Below are positions 8,705 through 16,950 of a DNA stretch of 64,000 nt, one piece after another. The notes beneath the pieces are model-generated. The model was not told the DNA's origin. It made no database searches and worked only from the letters and a program-made list of their open reading frames with translations. The stretch is from Verrucomicrobiia bacterium. Lineage in GTDB: Bacteria; Verrucomicrobiota; Verrucomicrobiia; Limisphaerales; Palsa-1400. The DNA lies in the NCBI GenBank assembly GCA_036268455.1, contig DATAUD010000119.1:21155-85154 (forward strand), written 5' to 3'. Made by a program: the position numbers and the translations under genes. Every line of letters begins with the position of its first letter. The first letter of the stretch is position 1.

Positions 8705-10156
8705 ATGAACCTGAACGAGTATCACAGGGAAGAAGGCAAAAAATTACTGACGCGGCGCTACTTTTTTAAGGAATGCGGCATGGGGCTTGGGGCGCTGGCG
8801 CTGGCGTCTTTGTTGCGCGGGACTGATGCTGGAGCCGCGCCCGCGGTCAATCGGATGGATCCACTAGGGCCGCGTTCGCCGCAATTTGCGCCGAAGGCGA
8901 AACGAGTCATTTATCTTTTCCAGGCGGGCGGCCCGAGCCAGTTGGACATGTTCAATTACCGGCCAGCTCTGGAGAAATACGACGGCCATCCGATCCCCGC
9001 GGAATTTGTAAAGAATCAGCGATACGCATTTATTAAGCCGGACGCGGCGCTGTTCGCGTCGCAATTCAAATTTGCCAAACACGGGCGTTGCGGCACGGTG
9101 CTTTCCGAAGTGCAGCCGCATCTGGCTGAGGTTGTCGATGACATTGCGGTGATCAATTCGATGACGACGGTGGCTTTCAATCATGCGCCGGGACAAATAT
9201 TCATGAACACAGGCGCCACGCAATTCGGACGTCCGAGCATGGGGGCGTGGGTGACATACGGATTGGGCAGCGTGGCACGGGACTTGCCGGGATTTGTGGT
9301 GCTCAGTTCGGCGGGCGGAACCAGTGGCGGAGCCGGGAACTGGGGGGCTGGATTTTTGCCGACGGTGTATCAAGGGGTGCCATTCCGGCGGAGCGGAGAC
9401 CCGATTTTATATCTGGCCAATCCGCCCGGGATAACTCCGCAGATGCAACGGCGGTCGCTCGACGCGCTCAAAGCGTTGAACCAGGAGCGGCTTGACGTGG
9501 TGGGCGACCCGGAGATTTCGACGCGCATCAATTCGTTTGAGATGGCCTACAGGATGCAGACGAGCGCGCCGGAGTTGATGGATATTACGAAGGAATCCAA
9601 AGAGACGCTTGAGATGTACGGGGCGGAGCCGGGGAAGAGTTCCTTTGCCAACAATTGTTTGCTGGCGCGAAGACTCGTGGAGCGCGGGGTGCGGTTTGTG
9701 CAGCTTTTTCATGAGGCGTGGGACCATCACAGCGATGTTACGGGCAACGTCAGGAAAGAGTGCGGTTTGACCGACAAACCGTGCGCGGCGTTGATCAAGG
9801 ACTTGAAGCAGCGCGGATTGTTGGAGGATACTTTGGTGATATGGGGCGGAGAATTTGGCCGGACGCCGATGGTGGAAACAAACAAGGAAGCCGGCCGCAG
9901 CATGGGCCGCGACCATCATCCTCAAGCGTTCACAATGTGGCTGGCGGGCGGGGGGGTTAAACCCGGATTGACCCTTGGCAAAACGGATGAGTTCGGGTTC
10001 AACATCACTGAAGACCCGGTGCCGGTGCACGATCTGCAGGCGACGATTCTCTATTTACTGGGTTTCGATCATACCAAGCTGACTTATCACTTCCAAGGAC
10101 GCGATTTTCGATTGACAGACGTCGAAGGGGAAGTTGTCAAGAAGCTGCTGGCGTAG
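8705..10156 (+). CDS. DUF1501 (sulfatase-fold) protein with Tat signal
   Basis: [19 protein letters not shown] twin-arginine signal; WGGEFGRTP...GRDHHP core motifs. Usual partner of DUF1553 proteins. Confidence 0.9.
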   Translation: MNLNEYHREEGKKLLTRRYFFKECGMGLGALALASLLRGTDAGAAPAVNRMDPLGPRSPQFAPKAKRVIYLFQAGGPSQLDMFNYRPALEKYDGHPIPAEFVKNQRYAFIKPDAALFASQFKFAKHGRCGTVLSEVQPHLAEVVDDIAVINSMTTVAFNHAPGQIFMNTGATQFGRPSMGAWVTYGLGSVARDLPGFVVLSSAGGTSGGAGNWGAGFLPTVYQGVPFRRSGDPILYLANPPGITPQMQRRSLDALKALNQERLDVVGDPEISTRINSFEMAYRMQTSAPELMDITKESKETLEMYGAEPGKSSFANNCLLARRLVERGVRFVQLFHEAWDHHSDVTGNVRKECGLTDKPCAALIKDLKQRGLLEDTLVIWGGEFGRTPMVETNKEAGRSMGRDHHPQAFTMWLAGGGVKPGLTLGKTDEFGFNITEDPVPVHDLQATILYLLGFDHTKLTYHFQGRDFRLTDVEGEVVKKLLA

Positions 10157-10164
10157 GAGCGTGG

Positions 10165-11241
10165 TTATTGCAAGCCGCGGCGAAGAACGCGCAGGAAATT
10201 TTGGTGGGCGAAGTTGAGGGCATCGCTCTCGCTGCCGCCACGTTGGCGGATCAAATCAGGAAATCGGCGGACGTCCGCGATGGTTTCGACGTCGCACGGA
10301 GTTTGTTCGCGGCCGAATCCGCCGTCTAGGTCGGAGCCAAGGCCGACGTGGAGGGAATTTCCCGCGATTTGACAAATATGGTCGATGTGATCGACCGCCT
10401 TTTCGAGGCGCAATTGGCGCGCTTGCGGAGTGGTTTTGCCGCGCACCCAATCGGGAATGAGCATCCAGCCGTCCAACGCAGTGCCAATGACGGCGTCACG
10501 CTCGATCAACGCGCGAATCTGATCGTCGGCAAGCTGGCGTTGATCCGGCGTCAACGCGCGGCAATTGTGATGGCTGGCCCAGATCGGGCCGGAATAGAGT
10601 TTGAGAGCTTCCCAAAAAGATTCATCGGTGAGATGGGTGACGTCCAGGATCATTCCAAGGCGGTCCATTTCCGACAGCAATTCGCGTCCGGGCGGGGTGA
10701 AGCCGCCAGTGCAACCGGTGCCCGGGGCGTAGATGCCATCGCCGTAATGGGCGGGACCAACGGCTCGCAATCCCTGCGCGTGCGCCCGCTCCAGATGTTT
10801 CAGCGTGACGAGCGAATCGGCGCCTTCGAGGCTCAAGATGCAGCCGATGGGACTGGGCTGGCCGGATTTCAAATGCGCGATGTGCCGCTCCAAATCCGGC
10901 TTGCTGGAAACGAGTTTTATTTCGCCGATTTCCTCCATCTCGCGATACCAGGCGAATTGCGCTTGTGTCACCGCCCATGCCTGGGCGGGGGATTGCCAGG
11001 TGTTCAACGGGCTGAAATTATCGGCATGTTTGACTTTCGCGATTTGCGTGACGACGGCCAATCCGATTCCAGCGCGGCGAATTTCTGGAAAACAAACCGT
11101 GCCGCGTCCGCGTCCGGCTTTGTCGTTGAGGGAGGATTCGGCGGCGCGAATTTCGGCGATGGGGCGTGTCAGGTCGCGATTCCATTCGATCGCGTTGAGG
11201 GCGAGATCAAGGTGGGCGTCAATTAAAAAGGGGCCGGTCAT
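10165..11241 (-). CDS. peptidase M19 family membrane-type dipeptidase
   Basis: Trimmed to MTGPFLIDAHLDLALNA; the ATGA overlaps the upstream permease stop. M19-like motifs DAHLDL, HHNCRAL, GSDLDGG. Confidence 0.85.
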   Translation of the reverse strand: MTGPFLIDAHLDLALNAIEWNRDLTRPIAEIRAAESSLNDKAGRGRGTVCFPEIRRAGIGLAVVTQIAKVKHADNFSPLNTWQSPAQAWAVTQAQFAWYREMEEIGEIKLVSSKPDLERHIAHLKSGQPSPIGCILSLEGADSLVTLKHLERAHAQGLRAVGPAHYGDGIYAPGTGCTGGFTPPGRELLSEMDRLGMILDVTHLTDESFWEALKLYSGPIWASHHNCRALTPDQRQLADDQIRALIERDAVIGTALDGWMLIPDWVRGKTTPQARQLRLEKAVDHIDHICQIAGNSLHVGLGSDLDGGFGREQTPCDVETIADVRRFPDLIRQRGGSESDALNFAHQNFLRVLRRGLQ

Positions 11242-12572
11242 ATCAATGCGCTCGCCAGCAGGGCAAGCAGAAGGCCGACGACACCGATAATGGTTTCGCA
11301 GATCGACCAGGTTTTGAAAGTCTCGGGAACCGTCAGATTCAGGCAATCTTTCACGATCCAAAATCCGCCATCGTTCAAGTGCGAAAGGAACAGCGAGCCG
11401 CAACCAATGGCAACGACAACCAGTTCAATATTCGTGCCCGGATGTTGCGCAATGACGGGGACCAGAAGGGCGGACGCGGTGGTGATCGAAACGGTGGCGG
11501 AGCCGGTTGCCACGCGAATAAACGCGGACACAAGCCAACCGTACAGCAATGGGGAGAGATGCGCGGCCGCGGCAACTCCGCCGAGGGCGCCCGCGACGCC
11601 GCTGGTTTGCAGGACGCGCGCAAAACCGCCGCCGCCGCCGACAATCATAATCATCATGCCGACGCCGGCCACGGAGTCTTCGCCGAATTTGAGCAATTGC
11701 TTTGGGGCGAACCCGCAACGAGTGCCGAGCGACCAATGCGCGAAAAGAACGGCGATGAGCAGGGCAACAGTCGGGTTTCCGATGAAGTCGGCGGCGGTGC
11801 GGAACGTTCCATTGGCGGCGACGAGATCGGCGAGAGTCGCCAGAAGCATCAGGGCAACCGGCAGGAGCATTGAAAACATTGTCAAACCAAAGTGAGGCCA
11901 CCGGGCGCCGGGGTGAAGCGGCGGCAGCGCGGCGTGGGATGCGTTAAGGCCAAGGCGCTTGCTGGCGATCCGCGCAAAAACGGGGCCGGCCACGGCGGCG
12001 GTGGGAATGCCTATCAAAAAGCCCCAGAGCATGACCTTGCCGGTGTTCGCGTGCAGGGCGTTGATGGCCATGACGGGTCCCGGATGGGGCGGCATGACGC
12101 CGTGCATCACCGACAAAAAGGAGAGAAGCGGGAGCGCGAGATGAAGGAACGGCCGTTTGGTTTCGCGTGTCAATGTATGAAGGATCGGGGTGAGAATGAT
12201 CAGGCCGACCGCGAACCAGGTCGTTAAGCCAACAACCAGGGCGATTGCCACGATGCACCACCCGATGCGGCGCGGCCCAAAAAATTTTGCGAATTGTTTG
12301 GCAAGAACCTCCGCGCCTCGCGATTCGGCGAGCAGTTTTCCCAGCATCGTTCCCAGGCAAATGACAGCGGCGGTGCCGCCAAGCGTTGCGCCGAGGCCGT
12401 CTTGGAACGCGCGGGCGATATCGAGCATCGGCTTTCCGGCGCCGCCCCCGACGATGAGGGCGGCGATCATCAGCGCCAGGAACGCGTTGAGCCGCGCCAA
12501 AGTCACCAGCCCGACCAGCACGCCAATTCCCGCCAGTGCCAGGGTGATGAGCGACCAATCCGAAGACATCAT
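11238..12572 (-). CDS. GntP-family permease (gluconate/DsdX-type H+ symporter)
   Basis: 444 aa polytopic protein with N-terminus MMSSDWSLITLALAGIGVLVGLVTLARLNAFLALMIAALIVGG, typical of GntP. ATGA overlaps at both ends. Confidence 0.85.
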   Translation of the reverse strand: MMSSDWSLITLALAGIGVLVGLVTLARLNAFLALMIAALIVGGGAGKPMLDIARAFQDGLGATLGGTAAVICLGTMLGKLLAESRGAEVLAKQFAKFFGPRRIGWCIVAIALVVGLTTWFAVGLIILTPILHTLTRETKRPFLHLALPLLSFLSVMHGVMPPHPGPVMAINALHANTGKVMLWGFLIGIPTAAVAGPVFARIASKRLGLNASHAALPPLHPGARWPHFGLTMFSMLLPVALMLLATLADLVAANGTFRTAADFIGNPTVALLIAVLFAHWSLGTRCGFAPKQLLKFGEDSVAGVGMMIMIVGGGGGFARVLQTSGVAGALGGVAAAAHLSPLLYGWLVSAFIRVATGSATVSITTASALLVPVIAQHPGTNIELVVVAIGCGSLFLSHLNDGGFWIVKDCLNLTVPETFKTWSICETIIGVVGLLLALLASALI

Positions 12573-13672
12573 ACGGTGAGTTTCCGGGCGCGCGCCTCAA
12601 TGCGGCTGGAACCGGTGATCTTGCCGTGCTCAACAAGGACCGCCTCGGCATGGAGGGCCAGCGTGGGACAAATATGCCACGGCACGCCCAGCAATTCATC
12701 GCCGACCTTGAAACGGGCGGCGGACGGGCTTTCGACGACGAGGTGTTCTTCGCTGTGCGTGGGGAATTGGGCGTCCGGCAAATCGGGAAAAACAACGCGC
12801 GGATGGGGCATTTCGGAGGCGACGGCTTTGTGGCCAAGATCAAGACAGAGAAAATTGCCGCCGGGCTTGCTGACGACGCGTGTCAATAGCACGGCGGCGT
12901 TGTGAAAATCGAGGTCGGGCAACTTGATTGCGGAAGAGGCGTCCCACAGCACCGTCGTTCCCGGGCTGCACTCGACATTGCGCCGCGCCGCGTGCATGGG
13001 GAAGGTTGGACTGCCGCCCGCAACAATGCGCGGGACGGGCAGGCCGGCGGCCAGTAATTGATCGCGCAATGCAAACACGGGAGCGAAGGCTTCCGCGCAC
13101 GCGGCGGCGCGAATCGCGGGGTCGGTTTGGCTTAAATGGCCGTCGTACGCGTGCAATCCACCGGGAACAAGAGGGGGCGAGGCGGCCAGTTGGCGGTAAA
13201 GGGCGAACGCCGCGGGTCCGGGTGGAATTCCAGTGCGATGCTGGCCGACATCGAGGTCGAGCAAAACTTCAAGGCGTGTTCCGGCGGCCGTCATCGCGCG
13301 GAGAACGGAGGAGTCATCGACGATGGTCGAGAATTTGGCGCGCGGAAATTTTTCCTGAAGGGCGAGCAGACGCCGGAGGTTTGGCCCGACGAGTTGGTAC
13401 GCAACGAGAAGATCGGGCGCGCCGGCTTGCGCGCACATTTCGGCTTCGGCGATGGTGGCGCATTTAAAGCGTGTGACGCCGAGGGCGATCTGGCGTTGAA
13501 CCAGCCAGCCGAGTTTGTGGGTTTTGACATGTGGACGAAGACGGACCGGATCGCCGGCGATTTCCAGCATTTGGGCGAGGTTGCGCTGGATTGGCTCCAG
13601 GCCCAACAATAGAGCGGGCGAAGGGAGATCCGACAGATCGACACCCCTCGCCCATGCGATATCCAGCGTCAT
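12569..13672 (-). CDS. PLP-dependent D-TA family enzyme (alanine-racemase-fold D-threonine aldolase / DSD1-type D-serine dehydratase-like)
   Basis: RPHVKTHK PLP-lysine motif and a C-terminal HxCP (WHICPT) metal site. Start taken at MTLDIAW (13672); alternative ATG at 13720. Confidence 0.75.
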   Translation of the reverse strand: MTLDIAWARGVDLSDLPSPALLLGLEPIQRNLAQMLEIAGDPVRLRPHVKTHKLGWLVQRQIALGVTRFKCATIAEAEMCAQAGAPDLLVAYQLVGPNLRRLLALQEKFPRAKFSTIVDDSSVLRAMTAAGTRLEVLLDLDVGQHRTGIPPGPAAFALYRQLAASPPLVPGGLHAYDGHLSQTDPAIRAAACAEAFAPVFALRDQLLAAGLPVPRIVAGGSPTFPMHAARRNVECSPGTTVLWDASSAIKLPDLDFHNAAVLLTRVVSKPGGNFLCLDLGHKAVASEMPHPRVVFPDLPDAQFPTHSEEHLVVESPSAARFKVGDELLGVPWHICPTLALHAEAVLVEHGKITGSSRIEARARKLTV

Positions 13673-13750
13673 TGCGGCGATGTTACGCGCCGCTGGCGGA
13701 GGATTCAAGCAACGAGTCAAGGACCCGTTGAATGACTCAGCGCCAATTGC

Positions 13751-14218
13751 CTAGGGACTTGGATTTTGCAGACGGAAAAATACATTTCCAGTCGGTGGCG
13801 TGATGGTAACGCTGTTGGAGCCGCCAGCGGTGGTCACGGTGCCGCCGTTTAATGTCCACGCGTTCGTGTTGGACAAATTGACGCTCTGTTGCAGGTTATA
13901 AGTCCCCGTATCCGCCCAAGAGATGATGACGCTGTTCCCGGAGCGGGTGATGGTCAACTCGGGAGTCCCAGGGGTCTGGACCACCTGGATCATGCTCCAG
14001 AAACCGCCTGTAACGGAATATTGTCCTCCGGTCATGGCGCCACTGGCATCGGACTGGCCGATGGTGCCGCTAACGGAGTATTGGCCGTTGCTGCTGACGC
14101 CGCCTCCGCCTGCGATTTTGTACCAGTTAATGGAGTAGCTTTGGGCACTCGCCGACAGGGCCATGCCAAGGACCGCCACCAATCCGATGGCGAGTGAATT
14201 TAGTTTTTTTGTGTTCAT
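13751..14218 (-). CDS. secreted hypothetical protein (GGGxxSxGxYxxxGTIGQ / GGFW motif protein)
   Basis: Signal peptide MNTKKLNSLAIGLVAVLGMALSASA. Repeated GQYSVSGTIGQ / GGQYSVTGGFW motifs, then a beta-rich C-terminal domain. Start overlaps the upstream stop (TAATG). Confidence 0.6.
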   Translation of the reverse strand: MNTKKLNSLAIGLVAVLGMALSASAQSYSINWYKIAGGGGVSSNGQYSVSGTIGQSDASGAMTGGQYSVTGGFWSMIQVVQTPGTPELTITRSGNSVIISWADTGTYNLQQSVNLSNTNAWTLNGGTVTTAGGSNSVTITPPTGNVFFRLQNPSP

Positions 14219-15042
14219 TATTGACCTTTGGTTTTTTGTGAGAGGAGTTGTTCCAATTTGTCGAGGCGTTGCTTGAGTTGGTCCACCTCGGCGGCTTTTG
14301 CCTTGAGTTGCGCGATTTCCGCGTCCTTTTCATCAAGCTTTTCGTTCAAACCCTGAATTGCGGCGAGCGCGACGCCGGTTTCATCCACCACGGAAATGTG
14401 TTTGCTATCGCCGCCGTTTAAACCGAACGCGGCCTCGAAATCCTGCGCCACCGGACCGATGTGTTTTTTATCGGCCTTGTCGTCTTTGTAATTCCATTCC
14501 GTCACAGGCATTGCGGCGACTTTGGCCAATACTGTCTGGTGATCCAGCACGGTGAAACTCTGCTTGGCATTGCGGTCACTGGTCAAGTTAAAAGCCTTGG
14601 CGTAAATAGAGCCGTCATTGGTGATCTGGACGACAAAATTGTCGGCATTGCCAAAGGAAGCGATGAGGCCGTTGTTTTGCCCGGGTGTCACGTTGGCCTG
14701 AGCCAGGTCCGAATAGCTTCCGACGCCATTGGAACGCACGCCAATTTGCAGCCAGTAATTTGTGCCATCCCAGATGCCGTAACCGAAATCGGGACTTACG
14801 ATGAACAGGCCATTGGTTACGGGAACCGCGTTCGATGTGACGGTTGGGCCCGACTGGGTGGCGCCGAAGGGATCGGTGAACAATTTGAGCTGGAAATCAT
14901 AAAGCCCATTAACCGCGGCGCCGCCGTTCTCAAGGTCGCCTTGATAACTAAAAGCCGTGCCTTGCGCGGAGGCAATGGAAAGTTGACAGGAGAATGCCAA
15001 TGAAGACAACACGGCGAACCAATGGTAGAGTTTGGTTTTCAT
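14218..15042 (-). CDS. secreted tail-fibre-domain protein with C-terminal peptidase S74 intramolecular chaperone domain
   Basis: Signal peptide. The C-terminus (TSDRNAKQSFTVLDHQTVLAKVAAMPVTEWNYKDD...HIGPVAQDFEAAFGL...ISVVDETGVALAAIQGLNEKL + coiled coil) matches the endosialidase/tail-spike chaperone (S-D-x-x-x-K dyad). Confidence 0.8.
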   Translation of the reverse strand: MKTKLYHWFAVLSSLAFSCQLSIASAQGTAFSYQGDLENGGAAVNGLYDFQLKLFTDPFGATQSGPTVTSNAVPVTNGLFIVSPDFGYGIWDGTNYWLQIGVRSNGVGSYSDLAQANVTPGQNNGLIASFGNADNFVVQITNDGSIYAKAFNLTSDRNAKQSFTVLDHQTVLAKVAAMPVTEWNYKDDKADKKHIGPVAQDFEAAFGLNGGDSKHISVVDETGVALAAIQGLNEKLDEKDAEIAQLKAKAAEVDQLKQRLDKLEQLLSQKTKGQ

Positions 15043-15266
15043 AGTGCTGTCAAACGGCTTCTGTCAGTCAAAAGTGACCGTAAGCATTTAGTTTTTTGAA
15101 CTTGAGCGACTGCCCGGAAAACCCGGGCAATTTGATTATAATCAATTTAATCAAATCGGTGTTTTTTCGCAAGCAAAAAGTCAACAAAGCAATGGATATA
15201 AGCCGCACTAATCGTTTACAACAGCCTGCAATAAATCCGGGCTGTTTGCACGCTCTATTTGACGGT

Positions 15267-16943
15267 TTACCATGCGAGCGCTTTGCCGCCGGCCCGCGGA
15301 TCGGCGGCTCCGAGAAAGCCACCTCCGTCTAGCGCAAGACCCACGGCTTGAGCCACCGCGATGGCCGGCATGATCCGGACGATGTGGCCCCGCTTTTTCA
15401 AATCTTCGATAAGCGCGGGATTCATCGCTCTTTCCACGTTCAATTCGTCCGGCCTCCATTGGTGATGAAATCTCGGCTGGTCGATGGCGGTTTGCGCATC
15501 CATTCCCAAATCCAGGACGTTCAGAATGATATTGAGAGTCGCGGTAATGATCGTCGGGCCACCCGCTGCGCCGACGGAAAGAATCGGTTTCCCGTCCTTC
15601 AAGACAATCGCCGGAGTCATGCTGGAAAGCGGCCGTTTGCCGGGCGCGATGGCGTTGGCTTCGCCGCCAATCAGGCCAAAATAATTGGCGGCGCCCGGTT
15701 GCGCGGAGAAGTCGTCCATTTCATTGTTGAGCACAACGCCAGTTCCGGGAATGACGACCTTGGATCCGAAATGCGTATTGACAGTTTGGGTCAGCGCCAC
15801 CCAATTTCCTTCGTCGTCGGCTGCGCTGAGGTGTGTCGTGTGCCTGGAAAACGGCTCCTCATCGGCGGGTGTTCCGTGTGAAGGCACGGGAACAACATGC
15901 GCCGTGTCGATTTTCTCCGCGAGCGTCTGAGCGTAGCCCTTGCTGATCAGGCCGCGGGGCACTTTTGTGAAATCAGGATCGCCGAGCCAATAGGCGCGGT
16001 CGGCGAACGCGAACTTCATTGCTTCGGCTTCGATGTGGACGCGATCGAACGCGCTCAAGTGCATGTCGGAAAACCGAGGCGCTCCGAGAATGTTCAGCAT
16101 TTCCAACAGATGCACTCCGCCGGAACTCGGCGGGGGAAATGAAATCACTGTGCAGCCGTGGTAATCGGTCGAAATCGGCGGGCGAAGAACGGCGCGGTAT
16201 CCCCTCAAATCGGCGGCAGTCATCAGACCGTGATTTGCCGTCATCCACGTCTCAACCGACTTCGCGAACGTCCCGCCATAAAACCAAGCCGGACCTGTCT
16301 CCGCGATGGCGCGGTAAGTGCGCGCCAGGTCCGGCTGCCGAAGGATTTCCCCTTTACGATACGGCGCGCCACCTGCTTTGAGAAAAACCGAGGCCGTTGC
16401 GGGGAACCGGGCCAAATCACTTTCGCTGTCGCGAAGGGCGGCGGCATAATGTTTGTCAATAGGAAATCCGGTTTCGGCAATTCGCGCGGCCGCGAGCAGA
16501 TGTTCCTTGAGGGTGAGTTTTCCCGCGGATTGGAGGGCAAGATCGTAAGCGGCCAATGCGCCGGGGGTGCCGCTGGCGAGAGCGCCGAGCTGGCTTAGGC
16601 TCGGATCGGGTTTTCCATCGCGCAAAAACATGTCGCGCGACGCCGCGGCGGGGGCGGTTTCGCGGCCATCGATGCAGAGCACTTCCCCGTTGGAACGGCG
16701 AATCAAAATAAAACAGCCGCCGCCGATTCCGGAATTGTATCCGTTGACGACGCCGAGTGTTAACGCCGCCGCGACGGCCGCATCGACGGCATTGCCGCCT
16801 TTGCGCATCGCGTCGATTCCGGCCCGGCTGGCGATTTCATCGACGGTCGCCACAGCGCCGTGGGTCCCGATGGCGGATTGAGAGCGGGCCGCCGGCCCCG
16901 CAAAAGCAACCAAAACCGCCAGGATCAGGAGGATCGGGCGCAT
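15267..16943 (-). CDS. ggt: gamma-glutamyltransferase
   Basis: Trimmed to MRPILLILAVLVAFAGPAARS (signal peptide). Autoprocessing Thr motif HTTHLSAADDEGN and a GGP.II motif. Confidence 0.9.
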   Translation of the reverse strand: MRPILLILAVLVAFAGPAARSQSAIGTHGAVATVDEIASRAGIDAMRKGGNAVDAAVAAALTLGVVNGYNSGIGGGCFILIRRSNGEVLCIDGRETAPAAASRDMFLRDGKPDPSLSQLGALASGTPGALAAYDLALQSAGKLTLKEHLLAAARIAETGFPIDKHYAAALRDSESDLARFPATASVFLKAGGAPYRKGEILRQPDLARTYRAIAETGPAWFYGGTFAKSVETWMTANHGLMTAADLRGYRAVLRPPISTDYHGCTVISFPPPSSGGVHLLEMLNILGAPRFSDMHLSAFDRVHIEAEAMKFAFADRAYWLGDPDFTKVPRGLISKGYAQTLAEKIDTAHVVPVPSHGTPADEEPFSRHTTHLSAADDEGNWVALTQTVNTHFGSKVVIPGTGVVLNNEMDDFSAQPGAANYFGLIGGEANAIAPGKRPLSSMTPAIVLKDGKPILSVGAAGGPTIITATLNIILNVLDLGMDAQTAIDQPRFHHQWRPDELNVERAMNPALIEDLKKRGHIVRIMPAIAVAQAVGLALDGGGFLGAADPRAGGKALAW

Positions 16944-16950
16944 GGCAAAA

